Source of the DNA: an uncultured delta proteobacterium | GTDB taxonomy: Bacteria > Desulfobacterota > Binatia > Binatales > Binataceae | Direction: 5' to 3' | DNA length: 64,000 nucleotides | Assembly (NCBI GenBank): GCA_963765675.1 | Contig: CAVXXK010000004.1 | Span: 128,001 to 192,000 of the forward strand | Part shown: positions 50,412 to 60,879 of the stretch, in pieces | Numbering within the stretch: position 1 is the first letter of the stretch | Layout of the letters: each line of letters begins with the position of its first letter | The notes under the pieces: model-generated | The model's database searches: none | What the model was told of the DNA's origin: nothing | The model's input: only the letters and a program-made list of their open reading frames with translations | Program-made: the position numbers and the translations under genes

Positions 50412-51455
50412 CTAGCGTGCTCGCTCAGAGGAAGGAACTGCGATTCGATAGGTCTCCGCGGCAGTGCGATGGAACATCCACGCCTTGTCAGCGGTGCTGA
50501 ACCCTGCCGCGATCTTCTTGAACGCGTTCCACAGCACCAGGTACGAGCACGAGGCGCGATCCACCGGAAAATTGCTCTCGAACATGCATCGCGACGGACC
50601 GAATCGATCGATCGTGTGGAGATAGTAGTCGCGCGTCGCCGCCACGAGTTCATCTGAGGTCGCCGGCGATGGCCGCTTGTGCCATCCAAATCCGTTGACC
50701 GGCATGTTGATACCGCCGAGCTTGACGACCACGTTGGAGCATCGCGCAAGCTCAGCGATGTCGCGCTTCCATTGATCGAAGACCTCGCGGCGGTGGCCTT
50801 CGTAGGGACCGAGTCCAAGCGGACCGCCGAAGTGATCCAGAACAATCTTCGTGTCGGGAAACGCTCTCGCCAAGTCCGTCAGTTCCGGCATCTGAGGATG
50901 GTATTGCCACGCATCGAACACGAGCCCGAGCTTCGCTAGCTGAGCGAAGCCTTCGCGAAAGCGCGGCAACTTGTACAGGCCGACAGGAGGATTGGTGTGG
51001 GAGTTGCGAATCTCGGGCGACGCGTCAAAACCTCCGGCGTGGCGGATTCCGCGAAATCGCGCGGGCGCCGCCGCAAGGTGCGCGCGCAATACAGGCTCAA
51101 CCGCCGCGCCGAGGCTCAAGTCGGCGAAGCCGACTATCCCCGCCGCGATTCGGGTGTCTCCATATCCGCCGCTCGCACTCTGCGCGGCGATGCCATTGAC
51201 GAACTCGGTCTCGCCGACCGGCTTCATCGCCGGGTCGCCGTCGGCGCGGTACATCGACATGCATTCGACGAACACGGTCGCGAGCACGCGATGGCCGGAG
51301 CTAGTGTCGTGCAGAATTTCGTCGAGCAGGAAGCGGCTGCCCGGATGGTCCCAAAGATGATGATGCGGATCGATAATCGGCAGCGCGGGCTCGAGCGGCG
51401 CTTCGATAACTTTAGCGAGCCACGCTTCCCTTTCAGTCTCAGCACTAGTCGGCAT
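50412..51455 (-). CDS. Amidohydrolase family 2 protein
   Basis: IIDPHHHLWD, MFESNFPVD. Confidence 0.9.
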   Translation of the reverse strand: MPTSAETEREAWLAKVIEAPLEPALPIIDPHHHLWDHPGSRFLLDEILHDTSSGHRVLATVFVECMSMYRADGDPAMKPVGETEFVNGIAAQSASGGYGDTRIAAGIVGFADLSLGAAVEPVLRAHLAAAPARFRGIRHAGGFDASPEIRNSHTNPPVGLYKLPRFREGFAQLAKLGLVFDAWQYHPQMPELTDLARAFPDTKIVLDHFGGPLGLGPYEGHRREVFDQWKRDIAELARCSNVVVKLGGINMPVNGFGWHKRPSPATSDELVAATRDYYLHTIDRFGPSRCMFESNFPVDRASCSYLVLWNAFKKIAAGFSTADKAWMFHRTAAETYRIAVPSSERAR

Positions 51456-51497
51456 CTGAATTTCTCCCTCGCGCTAACGGCGTCGCAAAGGTTTCGA

Positions 51498-51587
51498 TGG
51501 CGGAGGGGGTGGGATTCGAACCCACGAGCGACGCTAGCCGCTGCCGATTTTCAAGACCGGTGCCTTCAACCACTCGGCCACCCCTCC
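51498..51587 (-). tRNA. tRNA-Ser(TGA)
   Basis: GGAGGGG...CT-TGA-AA...long variable arm...GGTTCGAATCC...GCCA; 90 nt. Confidence 0.96.
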
Positions 51588-51657
51588 AAGGTTTGTCTAT
51601 AAACCAAGTATAGCATCCCGGCTATCGGCGCGACTGTTCCGGCTTCACGACTGATTC

Positions 51658-52188
51658 CTATTTCAGACTGTCGGCAATCGTCGCCGCACCGGCGCGGGCA
51701 CAGGCTTCGTCCTTTGCGCCGAAGGGAGATCCCGAAGCACCGATCGCGCCGATAATCTCGTGGTTGAACACGATCACGACGCCGCCCGGCGCCAGAATCA
51801 GCCGGGGTAACCGATTGAGCGCCGGCGACATCTCCGCCCCGCTCTTGGCCTTCGCTACGAGAGCGCTGGTATCGACCTTGTAGGCGACCGCTGTGTAGGC
51901 CTTGTGGTCGGCGTTCTCCAGTGTTGCCAGCCCCGCGCCGTCTCCACGCAAGCATGCCTGCTGATTGCCCCCTGCGTCCACCAGCACGGCGCTTTCGGTA
52001 TAACCCCCGGCCGCGCAGACCTTGACCGCCTCACCAACCGCCTTGAGCGCCAGCGTCGCCGGGATGCGATGAGTCACGATAAGCGTGTCTGCCGCGAGCG
52101 CGGGGCCGGCGGTGACCGTTACGATCGCCGCCACAGCAATCAGCGCGGCGAGGGCAATCATCGAAAGCGAGCGGGCAATACGCCTCAT
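51658..52188 (-). CDS. Secreted heme-binding GlcG/HbpS-family protein
   Basis: VLVDAGG, KAYTA, IGAIGASG...DEACA. Confidence 0.88.
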   Translation of the reverse strand: MRRIARSLSMIALAALIAVAAIVTVTAGPALAADTLIVTHRIPATLALKAVGEAVKVCAAGGYTESAVLVDAGGNQQACLRGDGAGLATLENADHKAYTAVAYKVDTSALVAKAKSGAEMSPALNRLPRLILAPGGVVIVFNHEIIGAIGASGSPFGAKDEACARAGAATIADSLK

Positions 52189-52431
52189 TCAAATCTCCGT
52201 CCAGCTTGTTATTAAGTTATTGTCGCCGTACAACTAGCTCCGCTGGTAGACAGATGTCAACTTCTAATGAACTCATTAGCTAGCGTTGACCGCACAATGA
52301 GGTCGACGTAAAGTATTGCTATATTAAGCCGTCAAGTAGATACACGCACTAGTCTCTAGCACTACTGCTCTATCAGCAGTGAGAACTCGTATCGATAACC
52401 TCACTGAGCCAACTATGAAGAACGACGCGAT

Positions 52432-53439
52432 ATGAAGATCCTGATTGAACGAAGGCCTACGGAGAACCACAATCGCAGTCGGTTGCGTTGTGCCGTCGCG
52501 ATCGCCGTCGCGCTCATCTGTTTACTCATTTTGGTAAATCCTGCAAGCAGCGAAAGTAGCGACGACTGGATAACCGGCTTGCCGCGGGAAGCTATTCACG
52601 TAAAAGCATGGCCGGAAGGGAAGAAAGTTGCGGTCTGCTTCATCCTGTATGTTGAAGTGTGGGGTCATGGACAAGGGCCGGACCTCAGGCCGGATACGAT
52701 AACGCGACAGCCAGACGTTGTGAATGAAGCATTTCGTCAATATGCAATAAATTGGGGCCTTCCGCGCGTCGGCAGAGTCTTTAATGAACAAGGTCTACCG
52801 CTGAGCATTGCTCTCAATGCACTCTTTCCCAAACAGAACCCCCACGTGTGGCGACAGTTCCGTTCCCTGGTCCCTAAGGCACCTATCATCGCCCATGGAA
52901 TCAATAATTCGACGGACCTACTACCTCTCCGGGACGGCCTCGCCGCTCAGCAGGCATATATTCATCGGACACTGGATATAGTAGAGAAAGAAACGGGTAT
53001 GAGGCCGCGTGGATGGAGCAGTCCGAGTGTATACCCGAATGCCGATACGTTTACCGCAACCAGAGCGGAGGGAATTACCTACTCGCTCGACGCGATGGAC
53101 TCCGATATCCTGTCTCGCCTTGTCACCAAATCAGGACCTCAGGTCTTGATTCCTTATCCGACAGTCACAGTCGACATGGGGCAGTATTTTGAGCGATTGA
53201 AGAACGCGAGTGATATAGAGCGGCTGTGGATTGATTACGTAACTGAATTGATCAAAGAGGCTGAGATCGATCCAGATCGTGAAGCAACTGTCGTCGCGAT
53301 CGGTATCCATCCTTTCGTGTTTGGAACCCCTGATGGTGCCGCGGCATTGCGACGCGTGCTCGAACATTTCAAGAGTCAGAAACTGGTCTGGGTAACTGAC
53401 GTTCAAGCCGTTCTTGACGCAGCAGGAGTGAGTCGGTAA
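52432..53439 (+). CDS. Polysaccharide deacetylase (PuuE-like) family protein
   Basis: WPEGKKVAV, RPRGWSSP, IGIHPFV. Confidence 0.8.
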   Translation: MKILIERRPTENHNRSRLRCAVAIAVALICLLILVNPASSESSDDWITGLPREAIHVKAWPEGKKVAVCFILYVEVWGHGQGPDLRPDTITRQPDVVNEAFRQYAINWGLPRVGRVFNEQGLPLSIALNALFPKQNPHVWRQFRSLVPKAPIIAHGINNSTDLLPLRDGLAAQQAYIHRTLDIVEKETGMRPRGWSSPSVYPNADTFTATRAEGITYSLDAMDSDILSRLVTKSGPQVLIPYPTVTVDMGQYFERLKNASDIERLWIDYVTELIKEAEIDPDREATVVAIGIHPFVFGTPDGAAALRRVLEHFKSQKLVWVTDVQAVLDAAGVSR

Positions 53440-53492
53440 ATGCCAGCGGTTTTCCTATTCGGACGAACGATGAACGCCCTGGACGAATACCA

Positions 53493-54119
53493 ATGCGCCT
53501 GATCCTGATCCGGCACGGAGAATCTCGTATTCAGAAACGCGAGATTATTGCTGGTGTCCGGAGCTGCGAGGGGTTGACCGATCGTGGCGTTCGGCAGGCA
53601 GAGATGTTGGCCGAGCGGTTTCGTATTGCGGGCGAAATTCGCGACTGCGCCGCGCTGCTCAGCAGTCCGGTGCTCCGAGCACGTCAGACCGCGGAAAGGC
53701 TGATACACAGTCTACCAGTGCGCGAGATTGAGGAAGATCCCGCGTTGACGGAGATAGATACGGGCGTGGCCGACGGCATCACACGCGAGGAGTACCGATC
53801 GAGACACGGCGAGTTCAACCTGATCGAGCATCCGGATCGGCTCTTCGCTCCCGGCGGCGAGAGCTGGACCCAATACCTGAACCGCGTTCGCCTGAAAATG
53901 GACCGATTGGCGGAGCGATTCAGCGATCAGACGGTGGTCGCGGTCACGCACGCCGGATTCATCGTCGTCTCAATCCTGGCGACTTTCGGCATCCCGCGGC
54001 CCGGGACCAGCGCACGGCTTGAGCCCGAGAATACTTCGCTGACCGAATGGTGTTTCGATCAAGGGAATTGGCGGCTTCAGCGATACAACGACGCGTATCA
54101 CCTGCTGAATCGCCAATAG
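53493..54119 (+). CDS. Histidine phosphatase family protein
   Basis: LIRHGES, RARQTA, VTHAG, YND. Confidence 0.9.
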   Translation: MRLILIRHGESRIQKREIIAGVRSCEGLTDRGVRQAEMLAERFRIAGEIRDCAALLSSPVLRARQTAERLIHSLPVREIEEDPALTEIDTGVADGITREEYRSRHGEFNLIEHPDRLFAPGGESWTQYLNRVRLKMDRLAERFSDQTVVAVTHAGFIVVSILATFGIPRPGTSARLEPENTSLTEWCFDQGNWRLQRYNDAYHLLNRQ

Positions 54120-54138
54120 TTACTTGTTTGGGTATCGG

Positions 54139-55162
54139 TCACTTCGCTTCGGGCCATACGCCCGGAACCGCAGTTGCAAGCCACTTCGTCAGCGCGGCAT
54201 TGACTTCGAGCGGTCTCTCCTGCGCCATCCAGTGACCCGAGCGAATAGTCTGTTCAGTCAGATTGGGGCAAAAGCTGCGCATCGGCTCGGCCAGCCGTGA
54301 ATGCGTGCACTCGCAGACATAGTCATAGCGTGCATTGAGGAACAACGCCGGCATTTCGAGGTAGCCGCCATTGCGCGCCGTCTTTGAGTATTCCGCGTTC
54401 GCGGAATGATTCATGTACCACGAGGATGGTCCGAAGAAACCGTTGCGCTCGAGCGCCGAGGCGTAGGCGCAGAGATCCTCTTCGGTGAGGACGTCGCCGT
54501 CGCGAGGAACATCGCGCAACGCGCCCCCAAGCATGCCCTGGTTGCGGCGAGCCGAAGCGGTGATGGCAGGTTTGCCTTCGCCGGCAGGATCGCCCTTGCG
54601 CAACGCGAGCTTCACGAAGTTGCGCGGGTTCGCGTCCATCGGCGCTATCGCCACGGCAAAGTTCTCCTCGTAATGGCGCATGTAGTCCCATTGCCCATTG
54701 GGAAATTCCTTCTCGGGATAAAGCTCGCGGTCGACTAGCGTCAACGCGTGATCGAGTCCGCGTTCCAGCGTGAAGTACGGAACGCACAGGCTCGCGACGG
54801 CGCTACATCGTTCCGGATGATGGCTCGCAATATTCCATACCACGGGGCTGCCCCAGTCGTGGCCGACCCACACTGCTTTGTCCCGGCCGATCGTGGTCGA
54901 TGAGATCGATCATATCGCGCACGATATGTTCCTGCGCATAGTCACTATGACGATTGTAGACTGTAGACCGGCCGTATCCGCGCATGTCCGGCGCGATCGT
55001 GCGAAAGCCAAGCGCCGCCAGCGCGGGCAATTGATGACGCCAACTGATCGACAGCTCGGGCCATCCGTGAGCGAAGATTATGAGTGGTCCATCCTCCGGC
55101 CCGGCGGCTAGATAGAATGTCGTGTGCCGGTTGGTTTTGACGACGTGCTCGGAGATTGCCAT
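54139..55162 (-). CDS. Epoxide hydrolase-like alpha/beta hydrolase, frameshifted at ~54890
   Basis: HGWPE, PDMRGYG in one frame; GHDWG and SGHW in the other. Confidence 0.88.
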
Positions 55163-56061
55163 CAGCGAGATTCTTTGGGTGGCGGCCCGAACCCGCCAGC
55201 TTCGGGCATGTGGCCGTAAACATCTTCGGAATAGTATTCGGACTGATAGGTAGCCGGACGCGCGCCCCATCCGTATTCCAGCATCCATCCAGACGGTGTC
55301 CGGAAGTAGAACGAATACATATGATCGTTCGAATGTTTACCGGGCGTGATATTCACGGGAATCTTCTCGCGGCGAACGATATCATGCGTCAGCCCAACGT
55401 CGTCGAGATTGTCCACTTCGATCATCAAGTGATTAAAGCGCTTCTCCGGGCCGGCGAGCCCGAAAGCGACGGTATGATCGCGATCGTTGCAATGCATGAA
55501 AGTGAGCGCGACTGTATGCTGGCCCATTTTGATTTTATATTCGACTCCTCCACGCATCCCGAGTTGCGTATAGAAACGATACGCCGCTTGAGGATCTTTC
55601 TCACGAATAATGCAGTGTCCGAGGCCTCCGGCGCCGGTCTTGAACCTGCCGTGCATACCTCTGGCCGGATGAAAGGGCTTGGCGAACTGCAGGTGCGGCC
55701 CATGAAAGATTTCGATCGGGTTACCGTCGGGGTCATCCAGCTTCATAATTTCAAGCACGTGACGCTCGGAGGCCTCGTCTTCGGAACCGACGGTGAACTT
55801 GATCCCGGCCTCCTTTAACTGGTTTTGCATCTCGCGGAATTCTTCGCCCCCGGCCACCCGGAAGCCGAGATACATCAAGTCGTCGGACGGATCGGAATGA
55901 AGAGCGATTCGATGATGCCAGTAATCCATGCGCAGGTAGCAGCGGTCCCTTTCGCCATCGTCGACGACTTCCAAACCGAGAACGTCGGCGGCAAACTTTT
56001 TCCACGCCTCGAGGTCTTTCACCCCGAAGCCGATGTATCCGAGCTCTGTTACCTGAATCAT
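55162..56061 (-). CDS. Extradiol ring-cleavage dioxygenase (VOC, BphC/HsaC-like)
   Basis: ELGYIG, GLGH, FMHCNDRDHT, GKHSND..SFYF.TPSG..EYGW. Confidence 0.93.
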   Translation of the reverse strand: MIQVTELGYIGFGVKDLEAWKKFAADVLGLEVVDDGERDRCYLRMDYWHHRIALHSDPSDDLMYLGFRVAGGEEFREMQNQLKEAGIKFTVGSEDEASERHVLEIMKLDDPDGNPIEIFHGPHLQFAKPFHPARGMHGRFKTGAGGLGHCIIREKDPQAAYRFYTQLGMRGGVEYKIKMGQHTVALTFMHCNDRDHTVAFGLAGPEKRFNHLMIEVDNLDDVGLTHDIVRREKIPVNITPGKHSNDHMYSFYFRTPSGWMLEYGWGARPATYQSEYYSEDVYGHMPEAGGFGPPPKESR

Positions 56062-56131
56062 GTTCTTGCCTCCATGGGCGATATCTAGTTCAGCGACCGC
56101 TTCTGCTGCAAGGTTTTTCGGTCGTTCCAGA

Positions 56132-56989
56132 TCACTTTGGATCAGTGCGCACCCAATCAGAGCCGAGCGCGACTCGGCGGACCGCGTCAGTGTCGGTCGG
56201 CTGATGACCTACCTTATGCGCTGGCGCCGGCGCTTCGGCAACCCGATTCGAAAGCCGCCCGAGGCCGGTCACTTCGACTTCGACCAGATCACCGATATTC
56301 ATCGGCCGCGAATTCCTGGGCGTGCCGGAAAGAATAATGTCGCCGGGCAGCAGCGTGATGAAGCGGCTAAGGTCAGCCAGGATGTAGTCGATCGGAAAGA
56401 TCATCTCGCTGATCGCGCCTTCCTGGACCATCTTGCCGTTGATGTATGTACGCAACGTCGATTTGCGTATATCGACCCCACTGACTAATCCCGGTCCAAT
56501 CGGGCAGAAACCGTCCTGACCTTTCACCCGCAGCATCGAACCCGCATCAGTCTCCCGATAGTCCTGACATCCGACATCGTTGGCCGGCGCGAATCCCGCT
56601 ATGTAGTCCCATGCTTCAGCGCGTCCGACATTCCGCATCGGCTTGCCTATGATAACTCCGACTTCGCCTTCGTAGTTCAGAAACTTGTGCCCGGCGGGCC
56701 GGAGCAAAGTTCCACGATGACTGTTGAGCGCGGTGGTCGGCTTTTGAAAATAGGTCGGCGTTGGAATCTCCGGAGCGCGAAACTCGATCCGGCGCGAATC
56801 GTAGTTCAAATGAATGCATAGAATCTTGGTCGGATCGCAGGGCGGCAAGTAGGTCGCTTCAGCATCGGCGACGTTGCGGCCATCGCCGAGCACCAGACGG
56901 TCGCCGACCGGCCTGACCCACTTCGGCTGCCCTTCGTGGAGAATCCGCCGCCATTCCTCTTTTGGTCCGTCAAGAACGCTCATTTTCAT
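56132..56989 (-). CDS. Fumarylacetoacetate hydrolase family protein
   Basis: NYEGEVGV, KGQDGFCPIGP, GDIILSGTP. Confidence 0.9.
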   Translation of the reverse strand: MKMSVLDGPKEEWRRILHEGQPKWVRPVGDRLVLGDGRNVADAEATYLPPCDPTKILCIHLNYDSRRIEFRAPEIPTPTYFQKPTTALNSHRGTLLRPAGHKFLNYEGEVGVIIGKPMRNVGRAEAWDYIAGFAPANDVGCQDYRETDAGSMLRVKGQDGFCPIGPGLVSGVDIRKSTLRTYINGKMVQEGAISEMIFPIDYILADLSRFITLLPGDIILSGTPRNSRPMNIGDLVEVEVTGLGRLSNRVAEAPAPAHKVGHQPTDTDAVRRVALGSDWVRTDPK

Positions 56990-57028
56990 TTTCTCCGGCT
57001 GCTTTGTTCGTTACCCATTTAGGAGTTT

Positions 57029-58483
57029 TCAGGCAAACGACCCTTTCATCGCCGCGATATTCTTCACGTCACAGTAGAAATCAAAGCTCCAGTTGCCGCC
57101 CTCGCGGCCGATACCCGAGTTGCGGCTGCCACCGAACGGTGCGGCCAGCTCGCGCACGAAAAAGCAATTCACCCACACAGTGCCGGCGACGACCTGACGC
57201 GCCAGACGCATCGCACGTTCCTCATTCTTGCTGAAGATGACGGCGGCGAGTCCGTAGTTGGTGCCGTTGGCCAGCTTCATCGCTTCGTCTTCGTCGCGGA
57301 AGGTCTGCCACGTGAGGACCGGCCCGAACACCTCGCGCTGCACAATCTCCTGCTCCTGCGATACGCCCTCGAGCAGGGTCGGCTCGAAATAAAGTTCGCC
57401 AGCGCTGTGGCGATGCCCACCCCAGAGCGGCTTGACGCCGGCCTTGAGCGCGCGATCTACGAAGCCTTCGACCCGCTGGTAGTGCTCAGGCGTGATTAGC
57501 GGCCCGATACGAGTGGTCTTCTCGCGCGGATCGCCGACCGTCATCTGCGAGGCTGCGGCGCGGAATTTCGACTGAAACTGGTCCGCGACTTTCGCGTCGA
57601 CCAGAATTCGCGTACCCGCAAGGCATACCTGACCCGCGTTGAAATACTGCCCCGCGGCGGTCTGCGCCGCCGCATCCAGGTCGGCATCGGCACACACGAT
57701 GAACGGCGACTTGCCGCCGAGCTCAAAGCTCGTCGCGGTTATCGAGCGCGCCGTCGATGCGCCAATCAGTCGCGCGGTGTCGGTCGAGCCGGTGAAGCTC
57801 AGCCGATCGATGTCGGGATGCGCGGCGAGCGCCGCGCCCGCCTCCTCGCCGATTCCTTGCACGACGTTGAGGACGCCGGGCGGTATTCCCGCTTCGGTCG
57901 CGAGGTCGGCCATCATCGAGCAGGTGAGCGGCGCCCACTCCGGCGGCTTGACCACGGCGGTATCGCCAGCGGCGAGGCACGGACCGACTTTCCAGGTCGT
58001 CAGCATGAACGGACCGTTCCACGGCGTGATCAGTGCGGCGACACCGGCGGGATCGAAGCGAACCTGGTTGACGACCTCCGGCGAATCGATCATCTCGTCG
58101 TTCAGCTTGCGCGCCCGATCGGCGAAGAACTGGATATTGAGCGCCGCGCGCGGAACCATCCGCGTCGCGTTGCCTATCAGGAGCGACCCGTTGTCCTCGG
58201 TCTCGACTGCGGCGATCTCCTTGGCGTGATCGTGAATCGCCTTGGCGAAGCGGCTCAGAATCGGATGCCGCCCCTCGGGTCCCAGCGCCGCCCATTTCGG
58301 AAACGCGCGGCGCGCCGCCGCCACTGCCGCATCGATCTCCTCGGCGCCGCCCGCACTCACGTCGCCCAGATGCTTGCCGTTGATGGGCGAGCAGGTCTGA
58401 AAGGTGCGTTTCGACTCGACCCGCTTGCCGTCAATAAAGTGCGCGGTTGAAACTTCCACTCCCGCTACTTTGCTACTTGCCAT
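57029..58483 (-). CDS. Aldehyde dehydrogenase (muconic semialdehyde type)
   Basis: PWN, FTGST, FELGGKSP, GQVC, EVFGPV. Confidence 0.92.
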   Translation of the reverse strand: MASSKVAGVEVSTAHFIDGKRVESKRTFQTCSPINGKHLGDVSAGGAEEIDAAVAAARRAFPKWAALGPEGRHPILSRFAKAIHDHAKEIAAVETEDNGSLLIGNATRMVPRAALNIQFFADRARKLNDEMIDSPEVVNQVRFDPAGVAALITPWNGPFMLTTWKVGPCLAAGDTAVVKPPEWAPLTCSMMADLATEAGIPPGVLNVVQGIGEEAGAALAAHPDIDRLSFTGSTDTARLIGASTARSITATSFELGGKSPFIVCADADLDAAAQTAAGQYFNAGQVCLAGTRILVDAKVADQFQSKFRAAASQMTVGDPREKTTRIGPLITPEHYQRVEGFVDRALKAGVKPLWGGHRHSAGELYFEPTLLEGVSQEQEIVQREVFGPVLTWQTFRDEDEAMKLANGTNYGLAAVIFSKNEERAMRLARQVVAGTVWVNCFFVRELAAPFGGSRNSGIGREGGNWSFDFYCDVKNIAAMKGSFA

Positions 58484-58587
58484 TTCAAAACCTCCGAAGG
58501 TTTCAAGCTGTGTCGAGAAAAGAACGATTAAACTCTGGCTTGCAGCCGTCCATGACTGAAGTCAATTCTGACCATAGTCGAAATTTA

Positions 58588-60105
58588 TTATTTTCGCACC
58601 CATTCGGCAGCCGCTCGCGGCAAACCCATCACCTTCTTTTCATCGCCTGTCTCGCCGGAAGCCTCTCGAGGTTCCAGCCCAAGCAGTTGATTCACCAGGC
58701 GTTTGCCGCGCTCGCGCGGCGCAAGCGTATGCGCGAGCGCGTAGTTGCGAGCTCCGGAAGCGAGGTAGAAGCGTTCGTACAATTCATTGCGTCCGGCCAG
58801 CGCGCTGCCGGTGAAATCCCACGCGAGCCGGAAGATGCGCGCGCGGTCGCGCGCGGAGACTCCCTTGGCGCCGCGCAAATAGCGGTTCACCAAATCGCGG
58901 AGCCCCGGATCATCGAACTGCGTCTCGGCAGGAGTCGCGAGCAGGTTGTGCGAGCCGATCAGGGTGAGAATCTCGCCGACGCGCGGAAACCATGCCGGCA
59001 ATGCGGCGCGCAGCGCCGCGAGCGGACCGCCGTTGGGGAACCATACCCCGTTGCCGTACTCGAACGCGTCGATTTCCGCGCTATGAACGGCGGCGCGCGC
59101 GAACTCGGCGTAGGTCCAAATTTCGCCGAGCATCTGCGAGGTTGCAGGCGACTTGTCGTTGATGATCTCCGCCATCGCGCAGCCCAGCCCGTATGCGAAC
59201 TCAAGCTTGGTCTGCGCGCGGATCATCGTCTGCTGCATGATGTTCGGGTACCAGCCCGTCGTCATCACGGTGTTGTAGGCCATCCAGTTCGCATTGATGA
59301 AAATGCGGTCGCGCGGCACTTCCACGTTGTCGAAGATCACGAATGCGTCCTGCTCGTCGAAGCGGCTGGAGAGCGGATGGTCGAAGCTGCTGCGGCCGCT
59401 CGAGCAACTGTCGCGGCACAGCAGCTTGAGTCCCGGCGTGCCCGTCGGAATACAGAACGACAGCGCGTAAGCGTCGGCGCCCTCGGGCAGCGGCACCGCG
59501 GGATAGACCGCAATTTCATCCGCAAACGGCGCAAGCGTCGCGAGGATCCGCGCGCCATTCACGACGATCCCGCGCGAGGTATCTTCAACCTTTCGCAATG
59601 CGACATCGTTGCCGGCCACCGGCGCGTCGCCCCAGGATTTGTCGATCGTCGGCTGGACGATGGTGTGGGTCAGCGCGATATCTTTGCGCGCCAGAAATTT
59701 CTGGTATGCGACCAGGTTGGCGGCGCCTTGTTCATTGGCGTTGATCGCCCATTCGTCCGCGCGTCCGGCGAATCCGGCGAAGGTGACGTTCATATAGTCG
59801 GGCGTGCGGCCCATCAGGCCGACGGTGAATTCCGCCGTCAATTGCAAAGCGCGATGCCGCCGTTCGAGGTCCGCCTTCGAGCGGGGAATCATGTGGCTCA
59901 GGTTGATCGGCTCGCGGGTCTCCGGATCCGGCATCAGGCAGACATCCGCCGCCTGGTGCTGCAGATCGAAGACCTCAGCGAGCGTGGCGGCGGCGCCGGC
60001 AAACGCCGGATGCGACGCGACGTCACGGACTTTTTCGCCTCCGACCCAGACCTCGCGCGGGCTCTTCAGTCCCTGCAGAAATTCTTTTCCCGTTCGTGCG
60101 GCCAT
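58588..60105 (-). CDS. HpaB-family phenol monooxygenase, oxygenase component
   Basis: GLMGRTPDY, GARILATL, DHPLSSRFDEQDA, RNELYERF. Confidence 0.92.
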   Translation of the reverse strand: MAARTGKEFLQGLKSPREVWVGGEKVRDVASHPAFAGAAATLAEVFDLQHQAADVCLMPDPETREPINLSHMIPRSKADLERRHRALQLTAEFTVGLMGRTPDYMNVTFAGFAGRADEWAINANEQGAANLVAYQKFLARKDIALTHTIVQPTIDKSWGDAPVAGNDVALRKVEDTSRGIVVNGARILATLAPFADEIAVYPAVPLPEGADAYALSFCIPTGTPGLKLLCRDSCSSGRSSFDHPLSSRFDEQDAFVIFDNVEVPRDRIFINANWMAYNTVMTTGWYPNIMQQTMIRAQTKLEFAYGLGCAMAEIINDKSPATSQMLGEIWTYAEFARAAVHSAEIDAFEYGNGVWFPNGGPLAALRAALPAWFPRVGEILTLIGSHNLLATPAETQFDDPGLRDLVNRYLRGAKGVSARDRARIFRLAWDFTGSALAGRNELYERFYLASGARNYALAHTLAPRERGKRLVNQLLGLEPREASGETGDEKKVMGLPRAAAEWVRK

Positions 60106-60783
60106 CTATTTTTCTCCTGAAGGACGAAATCCCTCGAGGTGCAATTCCAAAGAAGCGCGGAGCACCGCGTCACGTTCTTCCGGCGTGACCACTCCCGCTC
60201 CAAGCCATTCATGAAGACACGCGAAATAGAGCGCGAACAGATTCTTCGCAAGACGGTGAGACGGAATTCCCGCGCGCAATTCGCCGCGTGCCTGCGCGCG
60301 ATCGATCAGTGCCGCCATCCGCCTGAACAAATCAGCCATGAAGGCCGCGCGTCCGTGCCGCTCGTCGTCGACGAAGGGCAGTTCCTTGACGAAGACGCGC
60401 GCGAGACCGATGTTGCGCTCGTGATGAGCGATCAGGGCGCCAAACACGCGCAGAAGTTGATCGATCAGGCGCCGCTCGGTCATGGTCTTGAATGCCGCAT
60501 CGACTGCTCGCCCCGCTTCCTCGCGGAAGATCATGACCAGCAAATCCTGCTTGCTGCCCGCGTGCAGGAACACGGTGCCGGCTCCAACATCCGCCGCCTG
60601 CGCGATTTCCCGGGTGGTGGTCAGCTCGAAGCCTTTGCGGGCGAAGAGCGCGCGAGCGGCGCGCTTGATCCGGTTGAGTTTGTCGAGCTTGTTGCGCTCG
60701 ACCCGGCCGAGAGCGGCTTCCTTGCGGCGATCACGCTTGCTGGCCGGAATAAGTATAGTGGTCGATGCAGGCATTCTGAGCAC
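60106..60783 (-). CDS. TetR family regulator
   Basis: LFARKGF..TTTREIAQAADVGAGTVF. Confidence 0.9.
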   Translation of the reverse strand: MLRMPASTTILIPASKRDRRKEAALGRVERNKLDKLNRIKRAARALFARKGFELTTTREIAQAADVGAGTVFLHAGSKQDLLVMIFREEAGRAVDAAFKTMTERRLIDQLLRVFGALIAHHERNIGLARVFVKELPFVDDERHGRAAFMADLFRRMAALIDRAQARGELRAGIPSHRLAKNLFALYFACLHEWLGAGVVTPEERDAVLRASLELHLEGFRPSGEK

Positions 60784-60879
60784 GCTCAGTTTTGAGCGTG
60801 CTCATCGGATAACCCGAATCTCCCTGGAATGTCAAGCGCGGACAATGCCGCCGCGCGGGCGGTTTGATATCCTTCAATC

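Noticed and set aside
51498-51587. tRNA as an integration site
   Set aside because: No integrase or duplicated tRNA 3' end noticed in the window
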